Below, in pieces: positions 14,136 to 26,819 of a stretch of DNA of 64,000 bases (its first letter is position 1; every line of letters starts with the position of its first letter). Both the position numbers and the translations under genes were made by a program. The notes below the pieces were generated by a model that was not told the origin of the DNA, searched no databases, and saw nothing but the letters and a program-made list of their open reading frames with translations. Source of the DNA: Lama guanicoe (lineage: Eukaryota); contig MU053881.1 in NCBI GenBank assembly GCA_013239625.1, positions 7,215,957 to 7,279,956 on the forward strand, written 5' to 3'.

Positions 14136-14377
14136 GGCTCGCTGATACTTTACAGCAAGTATGTCGTGAGGCTCGGTGATATTTGTAGCAAGTATGTCGT
14201 GAGGCTCGGTGATACTTTGCAGATCGGTGATATTTGTAGCAAGTATGTCGTGAGGCTCGGTGATATTTGTAGCAAGTATGTCGTGAGGCTCGGTGATACT
14301 TTGCAGCAAGTATGTCATGAGATTCTGCTACAAGTATGTCATGAGATTCTGCTACAAGTATGTCGTGAGATTCTGCT
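14136..14377. repeat. Composite minisatellite: about 5 copies of a 33-34 bp unit followed by 3 copies of a related 24 bp unit
   Basis: Unit A is GGCTCGGTGATA(C)TTTG(T/C)AGCAAGTATGTCGTGA. Unit B is CAAGTATGTC(A/G)TGAGATTCTGCTA. Both share CAAGTATGTCRTGAG. Confidence 0.95.
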
Positions 14378-14509
14378 GCTGTTTATCCACTCAGATCTTT
14401 CCCAAAGCCCCAAATCTTGGTAATAATAATCCTTGTAAGTGATGTTTGTGCAGTATATCCTATTCACTGCCTTTGGAGTAAAAGCAAAGCCCTTATTTTT
14501 ACTGAGGAC

Positions 14510-14745
14510 TCAAGGTGTAGAACAGAGTAGATGTATGGGTTTGGAGAGCAGATCTGAATCTGAATCCTTGCTTTGCTATTCAGAATGTGCATATGCTTCG
14601 TCAAGTAACCAAGCCTCAGTTTCTTCATCCATAAAATGGGGATAATACCACCGATCTTGCAGGACTGTCATAAAGATCAGCACAAGGAAAATATTCCCTG
14701 CCTGATTACCTGATACCTGAACTAAGAGTGGGTTCAAAACAGTTA
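14510..14745 (+). mobile_element. MIR SINE
   Basis: agcctcagtttcttcatccataaaatggggataataccacc. Confidence 0.8.
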
Positions 14746-14879
14746 AATCTTCCTCCTTAACAAGCAAAAACCAGATTTTTTTAAAAAATTCATCATTGAA
14801 TAGCAGCTTTTTGAAACACTATATATCCCACAGGTTTTGTTTTCTTAATCTAATCACTCTGATCCAGGGTCAGTCAATA

Positions 14880-15043
14880 GAGGGAAATATTCTACCCAGC
14901 CCAGTATGGTAGCCAGTAGCAACATGTGGCTTTTAGCACTGGAAACATGGCAAGTGTGACCAGGCAACAGAATTTCTAATTTTATTTAATTTTAATTTAA
15001 CCAGCTTCCTGTGGTAAATGGCTCCTGTAGTACTGGACAGCAT
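14880..15043. mobile_element. MER3/MER33-like hAT-Charlie relic
   Basis: ccagtatggtagccagtagcaacatgtggct...aatttctaattttatttaattttaatttaa...tactggacagca. Confidence 0.65.
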
Positions 15044-15420
15044 GTTAAGTCCAAGCCCTGGCAGATAAAGAAAGAAGGATTAAAAAATGTAGACGAAGCA
15101 AAGGTGAGGGTCCACAGTGTTCACATCAGCACCAGCCAATGACGGCAGGCTGGCGCGCTCAGCCTCGCTCACATTCACTCCAGGGGCTGCCAATTACGAC
15201 AGAAATAGCACAGACAGCGGCTCTCTCCACCAGAGCAAGGTTCTGTGACCTCAAACAAGTTTCCCGTTTGTTTGGAACCTGTTTTCTCATCTACAAAATG
15301 GGGATAATGGCTTAGGATTGATTTCAGCATGAAATGCAATAATACATGTCAAGATGTATTTGAAAACTGTAAAATGAGAGACAACGTAGCCTAGTTTGTA
15401 ACACTGGTCATGATTCAATC

Positions 15421-18400
15421 TCTTTTTTCCAGCTTTACTATGGTATAATTGGCAAATAAAACTGTACCATATTTAAAGTGTACAAGTTGATGATTTGGTA
15501 GATACATACATTGTGAAGGGATTCCCCAATCAAGTTAATTAACACATCCATCACCTAACAAAGTTGCCCTTTCTTCCTTCCTTCCTTTCTTTTTTTTTTT
15601 GTGAGAACACTTAAGCTCCATTCTTTTAGCAAATTACAATTATAACATTGTGTTATCAACTACAGTCACCATGTTCTATATTAGCTCCTCAGACCTTATT
15701 CATCGTATAGCTGAACATCTGTATCCTTTTTTATCAAACTCTCCCTATTTCTCCCACCTCCTAGATCCTAGCAACCACTTTTCTACTCTTTGTTTTTACG
15801 AATTCAGTTTTTTTTAGATTCCACATATAAGTGATACCACGCAGTACTTAACTTTCTCTGTGTCTTATTTCACTTAGTATTACACCCTTTAGATGCTTCC
15901 ATTTGTTGCAAATGACAGTATTTTCTTCTTTTTAAGGCTGAATGTTTCATTGTATAGATATGCCACATTTTCTTTATCCATCCATCTGTCAACAGCCACT
16001 AAGGTTATTTCCATACCTCGGCTATGGTGAATAATGCTGCTATGAACATGGGAGGACAGACATCTCTTTGAGACAATGGTTTCATTTAATGTGGATATAT
16101 ACCCAGAAGTAAGATTGCTGGATCACATGGTATTATTCTATTTTTAACTTCTTGAGGAATCTCCATGCTGTTTTCCATATTGATTGTACCAGCTTTCATT
16201 CCCACCAATAGTGCACAAAGGTTACCTTTTCTCCACATCCCCACCAACACTTGCTAGTTCTGTATTTTTGATGACAGCCATTCCAACAGGTGTGAGGGGA
16301 GATCTCATTTGGTTTTGATTCGCATTTCCCTAATATTAGTGATGATGAGCATCTTTTCATGTACCTGTTGGCCATCTGTAAGCCTTCTTTGGAAAAAATG
16401 CCCATTCAGGTCCTCTGCCCGGTTCTTAACTGGGTTATCTGTTGTTTAGCTATTGAGTTGTGTGAGTTCTGTATGTATTTTGGATACTAACTCGTTATCA
16501 AAATATGCAAATATTTTCTCCCATTCCGTAGGTTCACTTTTCATTTTGTTTATGGTTTCCTTTGCTGGGCAGAAACTTTTCAGTTTGACGTAGTCCCACT
16601 GGTTGTTTTGCTCTTGGATTCTTTTTTCAAATCCAAAAAATCATTGCCAAGATCAATGTCAAGGAGCTTATCCCTTAATGTTTTCTCCTATGAGTTTCCT
16701 GGTTTCAAGTCTTTAATCTGTTTTGAATTGACTTTTGTGTATGGTGTAACACAGGGGCCCACTTTCATTTTCTCACATGTGGCTATCCAGTTTTCCCAAC
16801 ACCGTTGATGGAAGAGACTACCCTTTCCCCCATTGTATATATCTTGGCTTCTCTGTCATAAATTAATTGAATATATATGCATGGGTTTGCTTCTGGGCTC
16901 CTTATCCTCTTATATTGATCTGTGTGTCTGTTTTTATGCCAATACTGTTTTGATTACTATAGTCTTATACTTTGAAATCAGGGATTGTGATGCCTTCTGC
17001 TTTGTTCTTTACCAAAATTACTGTGGCTGTTTGGGGGCGTTTTGTGGATCCATACACATTTTAGAAATGTTTCTTCTATTTCTGCAAAAAAAAAAAATGC
17101 CCTTGGAATTTTGAGAGGGATTGCATTGAATCTGTAGATTGCTTTGGGTATAGTATATGCATTTTAACAATGTTAATTATTCCAACCCATGATCACAAAG
17201 TATCTTTCCATTTATTTGTGTCCTCTTCAATTTCTTTCATCAGTGTCATACTCTTCAGTTACAGATCTTTCAAGTCTTTGGTTAAAACATTTTATTTTTT
17301 ATACTGTTGTAAATAGGACTGTTTTCTTGATTTCTCTAATAGTTGTTGGTGTAGAGAAACACAAGTATGTTGATTTTGTATCCTGCCACTTTACCAAAAT
17401 TTTTCATTAGTGCTAACAAGTGTTTTGGTGGAGTCTTTGGGGCTTTCTCTATGTAGTATCATTTCATCTGCAAATAGAGATGATTCTGCTTCTTCCATTC
17501 TGATTTGGATCCCTTTTAATTCTTTTTGTTGCCTATGAGGTATCGGCTAGGACTTCCAGTACTATGTCGAATAAGATAGTGAGCATGGGTATCCTGATCT
17601 CAGAGGAAAAGCTTTCAGAATTTCACTGTTGAGTAGGATGTCAGCTGCAGGCCTGACATCAAGGGTCTTTATTATGTTGAAGCATGTTCCCTCTGTACTC
17701 AGCTTGTTGAGAGTTTTTAATCATGAAAGAATGTTGACTTTTGTCACGTGCTCTTTCTGCATCTATTGAGATGACCATATAATTTTAATTTTTATTTTGT
17801 TAATGTAGTTTGCCACATTAATTAATCTGTGGATGTTGGACCATTCCCACATCCCTGGAATAAGTTCCACTTGATCATGATGTGTGCTTCTTTTAATGCA
17901 TTGTTTGCTAATATTTTGTTGAGGATTTCTGCATTTGTGTTCACTGGAGATACTGGCCTACAGTTCCTTTCTTGTCCTTGTAGTGTCCTTGTCGGCCTTT
18001 GGTATTAGGGCAATACTGGCCTTGGAAACTGACTTTCGAAGTATTTCTTCCTCTTCTACTTTTTGCAAGACTCTGAGGATTGGCATTAGTTTTTCTTTAA
18101 ACATTTAGTCAAATTTACCTGTGAAGCCATCTGGTCCCGGAATTTTCTTTGTTGCGAGGTTTTTGATTACTGATTCAATCTCCTTACTAGCAACTAGTCT
18201 GTTCAGATTTTTCATTTCTTCATGATTCAGTTTTGCTAGGTTGTACGTTTCTAGGAATTTATACATTTTTTTCTAGATTGTCCGATTCGTTGGCATATAA
18301 TTGCTTATAGTCGTCTTTTATAAGCCTTTGCATTTATGTGGCTTTGGTTGTAACACCTCCTCTTTTCATTTCTGATTTCATGTTTGTGTCCTCTTCCTCT

Positions 18401-19296
18401 ATTCTTCTTTGTAGGTTCATCTTTTTAAAAAAAACAGCTCTTAGTTTCATTGGCTTTTTTCTGTTGTCTGTTTAGTCTCTGCTTCATTTATTTCTGCTCT
18501 GATCTTTGTTATTTCCTCCCTTCTAACTAAGGGCTTGGTTTGTTTTTCTAGTTCCTTGAGGTATAAAGTTAAGCTGCTTATTTGAGAACTTTCTTTTTTC
18601 TTAATGTAGGCATTTATTGCTATAAACTTCCCTTTTAGAACTGCTTTTGCTGCACCCCAGTGAGCCCTGCATCCCAGCGAGCACTGGATGAGACACTGTG
18701 TTCGCTACTTCCTACCCATCTCACTTATTATTCCTTTGAGGCAGTTTATTACTATTATCTTACAGTTGAGAAGACTAGGTCTCAGAGAGGTTTGGAAACT
18801 TGCCCGTGGTCACACAGTGAATAATCAGCGGAGTCAGGACACAACCTCAGGGCTGTCTTACTCCTAAATCTGTGCTCTTAACCAGGCATCTATACTGCCT
18901 CAGTAAAATGGATTGGAAGTAGAAAACAAAAACAAAACAAATGCCATAAGTTTTGGCATGTTGCGCTTCCAATTTCATTTGTCTCAAGATACCTTTTGAT
19001 TTCTTTTTTGACCCATGGTTGTTCAGATCATATTGTTTAATCTCCACATACTTGTGAATTTTCTAGTTTTCTTCTTGAAATTGATTTCTAGTTTTATACC
19101 ACTGTGGCTGGAAAAGATGCTTGATATAATCTCAGTCTTCTTAAATGTATTAAGACTTGTTTGTGGCCCAGCATATGATCTATCTGGGAGAACGTTCCAC
19201 GTGCACTTGAGCAGAGTACGTACTCAGCTGCTTTTGGATGGAATGTTTCTGTATTTATCTGTTAGGTCCATCTGGTGTGTTTAAATCAAGTCCAAT
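15421..19296 (-). mobile_element. 5'-truncated, decayed LINE-1 (L1MA-like 3' end plus ORF2 remnants), interrupted at about 18660-18943
   Basis: Reverse-oriented L1 3' UTR begins at about 15421 (ccagctttactatggtataattggcaaataaaactgt...). The minus-strand ORF 16196-16405 reads FSKEGLQMANRYMKRCSSSLIL, typical of the ORF2p C-terminus. The + strand is T-rich, with many stops and frameshifts. Confidence 0.92.
18690..18901 (-). mobile_element. MIR SINE within a non-L1 insert in the L1
   Basis: MIR core ttacagttgagaagactaggtctcagagaggtttggaaacttgcccgtggtcacacag, plus the MIR end tgctcttaacca...ctatactgcctc. Confidence 0.8.
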
Positions 19297-20014
19297 CATA
19301 ATATCACCTTTCAATAACTGACTTATGTTTATGGGCAAGCAAAAGCACAATCCAGAACCCATATACTTTGAGGAATTTTTTTCCCCAGCAGGTGAGAATT
19401 TGTTTGTGTTCCTTTCTCTATTCATTCCAATTTTGGAGATCCCATTCAGAAGGCCACATGTTCTGATGTGGGAGTCAGTTTTAAAACATTGAGCAGAGGG
19501 AAGCATATTCTTAAAGCTTATATGAATATGCCTAAATGTACACAAAGAGTCAGAATTATATTTGCAAATAGCACAAGAATCGCATGTGCTTATGTACTTT
19601 ATTGATTTTCCTCAGCTGTTAAAAATATTTTCATAAATCTAGTTGCCAACAAAGGACCAGCTATAAAAGTAAAGCCCACCTTAAACTAAGGGTGAAGCTA
19701 GTAACATCTGTCCTGCATCCTGTAAGACTCTAATGAGTTCCTTTCCAGCATTAGTGAACTTGAACCTTAGCTGAAATGGGGCTGCAAACCCACTGGGGTT
19801 TCCCTTGTTACGTTGGTCACTAAAAGCATTTCCTGGGAATGACCTGATCTAAATATTTCCATCACAGGTTCTTAGATGAAGGAAGAGGATGTAAACATGA
19901 CACTTCATCAAAGGCTGGGAGTATTTTATAAAAGGCAAAATGCTTCAGCAAGAAGTGGCACGAGAGATACTTAGTGATGGGCACAGGGCAATGTTATGCA
20001 CTGGGGCTCGATCG

Positions 20015-20230
20015 TACGCTTTCTCCCCTGCAGCTCTGTTGGCATTTGGGGCTAGATAATTCTTCATTGCAGGAGGCAGTCCTGTGTATTGTCAGATGTT
20101 TAAAATATCCCTGGCCTCTACCCACCTGATGTCAGTAGCAATCTCCTCCTAGTCATGACAATCAAAGATGTCTCCAGAGTTTCCAAAATGTCCCCTGGGG
20201 TTCAAAATTGCCCCTGGATAAAAACCACTG
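20015..20230 (-). mobile_element. MER20 (hAT-Charlie) DNA transposon relic
   Basis: ccctggcctctacccacctgatgtcagtagc...atgtctccaga...aaatgtcccctgggg...aaaattgcccctggataaaaaccactg is the reverse complement of MER20 as recalled. Confidence 0.85.
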
Positions 20231-20239
20231 GTCTAGAGA

Positions 20240-20465
20240 CATTCAGAACTGGTTCAGCTCTCCTTCTGCCACTTTCCAGCTGTGTGACCTTGAGCAAGGA
20301 TTTGACCTCTCTGAGCTTTAATTTCCTCATGTGTAAAGTAGAGATAATTATACCATCAATTGTATTGGGTTGTTTGTGAGGATTAAATTAGATAATGCAT
20401 GCAAGTCATTTACCAAAATGTCTGGCAAATAGTCTTCACTAAGTGATAGTTACAATTATCATTAA
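20240..20465 (+). mobile_element. MIR SINE
   Basis: agctgtgtgaccttgagcaag...cctctctgagctttaatttcctcatgtgtaaa...gtgaggattaaattagataatgcatg. Confidence 0.8.
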
Positions 20466-22349
20466 CTACTTTGACTTTCTAAAATGTTCCAAGCAAACAA
20501 GCCACAGACTCTAGCTCTTTCTCTGCACGAGCCAAACAGAGAGTAAACAGAGAAGCAGAATGGCCAAAAGAATCTTCCCTCCTGGAAATACACACTGGCC
20601 AAAAGACTCTCCCTCCAAGAAACGCACTGTTACTGTCTCCAGGTGGAAGCAGGCTCGTGTCCTAAGACGGGGCTTGATGATATGACCTGGACACCTTGAT
20701 CTATCTTCAATGTCCCTGAGAATGGATGCAAAAATGAAGTGGCCTGTCAATAAGCAAAAATGATTTCATTCGTGACCAAAATGCCTCAGTGGCCATTAGA
20801 CGTGGGTCCCAAAGGCACTTTCAGCCACATCTTCCGCTTCATTTTGATTGGATCTTGCAGAGGCGGAGGTTGCACATGACATTTGCACATCCTCACATCC
20901 ACAGGATTGTGACAGACTGTCAACTCCATGAGGGAAGTGACTCTGTTCACTGCTGTGTTCCCAGTGATGACGACAGTGCCCAGCTTAGAGAAGGACTCTA
21001 TAAATATCTATTGAATGATAACATTTCCCTCTAACCAGCATTTGTGTTCTCAGCACCCTGAGCATTGCCCTTTCGCACACTGCCAGCAGGAGAGAACTGG
21101 CTGGAAGTTTTTCATCCTCAGGCTCTAAATCCCCTGTCCTTTGGCAGAGCTTAAATTTAGGACTGCTCCTAACTCTTTCAGGCAGTAAAGCAAGGAGACC
21201 AGGAATGGTTTGCCCCCAACATGCTGATCTGGTAGAAAGACAGTGGGCTTTGGTGACTGACTGCTCCCAGCTCCAACACTTGCTGGGTGTGTGACCTCAG
21301 ACAAGTTAATTCATCACATTAGAACTCCATTTCCTCCTCTCTTAGATGTGGGGATGGCAACAGCAACCCCAAAGGCTGTGGTGATCACTGAGATGAATCG
21401 GGATGAATGATCATTCAGTGGCCAGTATATATCAAAGGCTGACCTTGAGTATACACTGCTTCGTGCAATCCTTAGAATATCGTATAAGTTAGCGCTATTA
21501 TCATCCCCACTTTACATACGAGGAGACTGAGGCTCTCTTAGCAAGCAGAAAAGCCTGTATTTGATCCCAGAACTTTCTGACTATCCAAGACCCCTGCCAC
21601 AAAGCCGGGTGTGGTAGACACTCAGTACTTACTGAATGAGTGAAGGAAGGGCTTAATTAATTAAGGAAAAGAAAGTCAAACTGGGGACTGCCTAGTAATT
21701 CTTAGTGTGAGAAAAATGTCTTCTTATTCATTAGCAAATAGTCTCCCATCTACTTCCAAAGACCCAACACCTGCTGAGACGTTAAACCTAGCGTAAGAGA
21801 AAACGTTTGTGGGTAAAATGGAATAGAGGCTTTCTGAAGGCAACAGGCATTTTAGACTGAGTCAGGTTCAAGGGAGTTAATTTTAGGAAAACAATTCAAC
21901 TCTGCAAATGAATGTTTAGATATCTTCTTGTCAGAAAGTAAAAATTCCCCGGCTGCTATAGTTACCCCAAAGTGTTCTCACTCCGTTCAAGTCTGAAAAG
22001 GACAGAAGAGCCAAATTGCAGCAGAGGTGGGCACGGCACACGTGAGGATTTGGAACTCCTGGATGTAGGTGCCGCCATGTTGCTGGCCACCTCCTGGGGA
22101 CCCACCGCCACAGCATATGTCCAATCCCTGCCCGTATCTCACTACTTCAGTTTGATTCTACACATCACGCAAGCCCAGAGACACAGGAGCTGAGGAGTGA
22201 GTTGTATGACCCTGGAAGGGGTGGGGCACTTCGTTGCTTCCAACCTGCCACAGACAGAGTCAGCCCCCACCACACTTTGTGCTTGGCTGCCAGGAGCGAC
22301 TTACATGCAGGACTCAGTCTTAGATCAGTTCCTGCAGAAAGGGGAACCC

Positions 22350-22627
22350 AGAGGTTGCAAAGGGGCAGCTTTCAGATGTGTTTGGTTTGCCCTCCAAATT
22401 ATTTAAAATTTTTAAATCAGTTACCAAAAATTGGAATATTTAACACCAAATTCAGGCTTCTGAAAAACCCCTGGATCTAACAATACAGAACCTGGATATC
22501 ATTTGACAATGAAGGCTGTCACTCAACAACAGCTGTGTCTTTGGTGTCGTTTTTCTCTCTGGCAATCTTTCCCTCAGCCTGCTTCACTCACTCACATTAC
22601 CCTAAAGGCATTTAATTGGTAGCCATT
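22350..22627 (-). mobile_element. MER102-like hAT-Charlie relic, opposite orientation to the 8991 copy
   Basis: cagaggttgcaaa ... cagatgtgtttggtttgccc ... cctgcttcactcactcacattacc ... aggcattt. Confidence 0.55.
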
Positions 22628-22649
22628 CCTAAATCCACTATGGAAAATA

Positions 22650-22870
22650 ATAATACTAATCGTTACTCGCATCTACTAAACACGCTGCATGGCTTCACTT
22701 AATTCCGACCACATCCCAGTGAGAGGGTTGTGACTAGTATCTGCTTTGTAAAAGAGTAATTGAGGCTCAGAGAGGTTCAGTCACTTGTTCAGGGTCACAC
22801 AGCTGGAAAGTGGAAGAGCAGGGATTCAAACTTTTGTCTCCCTGGTTCTAGAGACCAGTTCCTTCCGTAA
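22650..22870 (-). mobile_element. MIR SINE
   Basis: tgaggctcagagaggttcagtcacttgttcagggtcacacagctggaaagtggaagagcagggattcaaac. Confidence 0.8.
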
Positions 22871-23639
22871 CACTGATCTGCTTTGGTTGGGGAGCAACCA
22901 CAAAGGTACCCTTAGTCCTCTGTGTGGGCGTTCTCACATGGGGGTGGATCCTCATTAGGAGTGATCTGGGGCTTAATAAACTCACAAATTAGCTCCATAA
23001 AGTGTTACTGATGGAGATTCTGATGTAGCTAATACAGTTAACGTTCGGTGAGCTACGGCCACCCGCAGCGTCTGTATCAGACTGTCACTGCCCATTTAAA
23101 TGATGGGGAGCCTTCTTAATCGACTGAGGAACATTCATGATGGGGAGGAATCAATTGGGAGGCTCCCGTGTGACTGAGAAAGGATGAGCTGAGGGGATGC
23201 CTGAGGACACCAGCAGCCTAAAGGCCCGTGACCTTGCCAGCCCCTCCCATCCCCGCTCCTCCAGGCTCTCCTCCTGCCCCACTGCTTCCCTTCCTCACAA
23301 CTCCCATCAGGAAAAATGAGGCCTTGGAGGTGTGTTTGAACACACTGGGAGAAATCCCACAGACAGGCAGACAACACAGAGCGAGCAAGTAGTTCTTCAC
23401 AAAATAAAACACACCTCAGCTGCTTGGCAAGCCCAATGTAGAACGGAGGAATTTCCATTAAGATGCAGAGGGAAAACCCTCCTTGGAGCCAAACCACTTC
23501 ATGGGGGACAGGGTATCGGGCCTCTTGCTAAAGACGCCGTCAGCGCATCACTGGGACCCCAGACTCACACAAAGGATCAGGCTGCGCTAGAGACAACTCT
23601 TACCTTCTCCTCCCCTCAGACCCATGGAGGCTTGCGTAG

Positions 23640-24250
23640 CCCTCAGAGTGAAATTTATGTTAAAACACACGTGTGCTCATTTCTCCCTCCCGCCCTCTCT
23701 CTCCCCCCACATCTCTTTTGCTCTCTCGCATACACACACAGCCTGCTTAAAACTCTCAAGGTCATCTTCTGTTTTCAGGATCAACCAAAAGACTTAACAT
23801 GGCCTTTGGGACACTATTACTGCTGCATCCGTCTTTTCAGGGCCAGCCTTGGCCTGCTCCCTTGGCTCCAGCCACAGCAGCCTTTATTTAGCTATTACAT
23901 TGGCCAAACCCCTTCTTCCCTCGGGACCGGTGTGTACAGCACTCTTCCGCCTGGAACACCCTCTTCCCACACACAGCCCTTTCCCCAGACCACTCCCACC
24001 GTCCCTCCCTCCCCCCTGACGTAAATTTGGTCAATTATTCTCTCCGAGGACCCCATCTTTTTTTTTTTTCACAACACTTAGCACATCTCATAATTACGTA
24101 TTTATCTGTGCGTTTATTTGCTTAACACTGACCTTTTCTACCCGCAACTAAGTTCTGAAATGGGCGTGATCAGGACTGTTTGCTTTGCCAAGTTTATCCC
24201 AGGATGGCCCACAGTGCTAGGCATATGGGGAACTCCAGATAAACTGTTTG
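23640..24250 (+). mobile_element. LINE-2 fragment
   Basis: cctgcttaaaactctcaa...ttcaggatcaaccaaa ... ctcttccgcctggaacaccct ... cccacagtgctaggcata. Confidence 0.55.
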
Positions 24251-24449
24251 CTTGTTTTTGTTTATCGATTTACTAACAGTCAATCCCAGAACAGGTTTTA
24301 CATGCATCTTGATTACAGGAGGAAATATTTTTTCAGTTTTCTCACCACCAGGAGCCCTTTGGTTGCACTGAAAGATAGGGGATTGCAAACTCTACATATT
24401 AAGTCAAAATTAACTTACTTTATCACCTTATTTATCAAAGTCGTTACAA

Positions 24450-24678
24450 TTTTTTTTTAATTTACAATGTATTAATTTCTGGTGTACAGCATAGTGATTC
24501 AGTTATACACACACACACACGCACACATACACACATATTCTTTTTCATAGTCTTTTTCATTACAGGTTAGTACAAGCCATCGAATACAGTTCCCTGTGCT
24601 CTACAGTAGGACCTTATTGTTCATCTAGTCTGTATATAGTAGTTTGTATCAGCCAATTCCAAACTCCCAATTTGTCTT
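24450..24678 (-). mobile_element. Short 3'-end fragment of a younger cetartiodactyl-type LINE-1 with an internal (CA)n
   Basis: Poly-T followed by tttacaatgtattaatttctggtgtacagcatagtgattcagttatacac...gaatacagttccctgtgctctacagtaggacc. Confidence 0.8.
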
Positions 24679-26486
24679 TTAATTAAAGCTGCTCATTAGT
24701 AGCACTGTGGGAAAAGATGGCATCCTGACGTAACTGCAGACTAATCAGAGACACTTGACATTCACGTTCCCTTCATAAATGTACTGTTTACTTCAGCCTG
24801 AAGATACTGAAAGCAGCTCCGGAAGATCTGTTCAGCCTACAAAGTCCTCCACGTCCTGCCTCCTGCCAGCCAGTCCTCTGACATTTGCCACTTGCCCTTG
24901 CCCCGCCAGATAACCAAGTTCAGGTGGAAGGAACAGCATGCATTTCCCTGTCCAGACGAGGCACACCTCTGAGCCTGCTGCTTCCTTCTTCTTCCCCTAT
25001 TTGAACTCCTCCTCATCCTAAAAATCGTAGCTCAGAGGTCCCCTCCACCAAGAAGCACCTCCCCACCACGGTAACAGGTCAGGCGCCCTGAAGCTGGGTT
25101 TCCGCAGTCCCCTCACCTTGCTTAGCACCTGCCTCTGACCATATTGCCTGCAACTTGCCCATCTCATCCTTCAGACTTGAGACTTCAAGGTACTCCTGAT
25201 GCCCAACACAATGTTTGGCACATAGTGGGTATTGGATAAAAAATACTTTTGGGAGGGAGAAAGGAGAGAAGGAAGAAAGGAAGGAAGGAAAGGGAAAGAG
25301 TTTGAGGTTTCTAGTCTTGGCGGGGCTGGGGACGATAGGACATTTGGGGAGAATTCCATCATCTTACTAGGGAAAGATGACATAACTGAAAATCAATACC
25401 AATTAGTATATGATGAGGACCGAGATGGCTGAGAGCATTCAGTCGGGCTGTCAGCATCTGAAACTCCTTTTTGCAAAACCTGAAACAAAGAAAGTAAGAA
25501 ATAAAAACTTCCAGAGTTAAAAAAAAAAAAAAGCCCAGAAGGAAGACGGGGAAGACTCATTGGCTGGGCCGTCTTCATGCATCAGCAAGACATGGAGAGG
25601 AGCCTCCTGAGCCTCACCTTTGACAGCAGTACCTTCCCTGAACAAACTGTGATGATGCGGAGAGGTCCATTGCCAGGATGCAGGTATCAAACAAAAGCAA
25701 TTCAAACTCAAGGGCCTTCCCAGACCTGCTCCAGTCTCCAGTCTCCAAGTGGCTCTGCACAGCCAATATGACAAAAATCCACATTCCCCATTACTGACCT
25801 TTGGCCCCGCCAGCTATCCGCAGATCCACTTGAGGAGGGCAAGACTGAAATGACAAGCCTCATTTCTGACACACACAGGGACTGCAGCCATGGATTTTGG
25901 TGCTGACTTAGCATCACAGGACATCCCAAGGTAGGTGGGAGGTGGGCTCTGGCACCACGCGTCTCATTACAGCTGCCTCTGCAGGGAGAACCCAGGAGTA
26001 CCGGCCCCACCCACGGACAGTGAAAGAGAAGGCTCCCGGCAGGGTGCCAGGCTCCCTCTCTCAGGACCAGAAGCCCTTGATCTACCTGCTGAGCCACACT
26101 GTCTGGACGTCCTCAGCACAAGGGGAGGTGTGGTTCAATTCAGTTTAGCTCAGCAATCACTTTGCCATCATCGTCCTTGCAGCCGCCTGGCAATATGTCT
26201 CATTATCTCCCATAATCCGCACATCAGCCATTGAGATTGGTCCCTTTTACTTGCCATTTTGCATTTTATATATTAGGAAACCAAGGCTCAGAGAGCATAC
26301 ACTGTTCACCCAAACCAGACTTAAACCTAGATCTATCCGGCTCTGCAGCCTGAGTTCTTAAGCCCTGGGCACTGCTATTGAAATCACCATTCTGCTACCT
26401 TTGGTTTCTTTCCTGTAGCCTCTGGGGAACTTGGCGTCTGCTTAAGTTTCCCATCTGATCATCTCACTTGCTGTATCCTATAATCA

Positions 26487-26694
26487 CAGGGATGGGCAAA
26501 CCATGGCCAGTATGTCTCCCACTCCCCATCTGTGTGCATAAGGTTTTACTGGTATACCACCACGTGCATTCATTTAGGTACATCTATGGGTGCCTTCCTG
26601 CTACAATGGCCGAGTTACAGAGCTGTAACTGAGTTCTCCAGAGCTGCAAATATTCACTATCCGACCCTTGATGGAAATAGTTTGCCAACCTCTG
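26487..26694. mobile_element. MER58A-like hAT-Charlie MITE
   Basis: Terminal inverted repeats cagggatgggcaaac ... gtttgccaacctctg, with internal MER58 motifs. Confidence 0.75.
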
Positions 26695-26764
26695 GGAGAA
26701 GAGTTAAAGCAAACACTATGCTAAAAGCTTAATTCTTATTATTTCATTTAATTTACACTACAAT

Positions 26765-26819
26765 TGTGTGTGTGTGTGTGTGTGCGCGTGCGTGTGTGTG
26801 TGCGCCACACACGCACGCA
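26765..26819. repeat. (TG)n/(CG)/(CA) compound microsatellite
   Basis: tgtgtgtgtgtgtgtgtgtgcgcgtgcgtgtgtgtgtgcgccacacacgcacgca. Confidence 0.9.

Noticed and set aside
14136..14377. CRISPR-like array or repeat-protein ORFs (13884-14318 minus, 14166-14423 plus)
   Set aside because: Head-to-tail tandem units without unique spacers, in a eukaryotic context. The ORFs simply translate the minisatellite.
15421..19296. Active LINE-1 or a coding reverse transcriptase gene
   Set aside because: 5'-truncated, with no ORF1 or promoter, and only short ORF2 fragments remain open.
23332..24024. 230-aa plus-strand ORF
   Set aside because: Non-ATG start, overlaps L2-like and low-complexity sequence, and has no recognisable protein features.
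26004..26024. REST/RE1 element (ccacggacag)
   Set aside because: Only the right half-site matches; the left half TTCAGCAC is absent.
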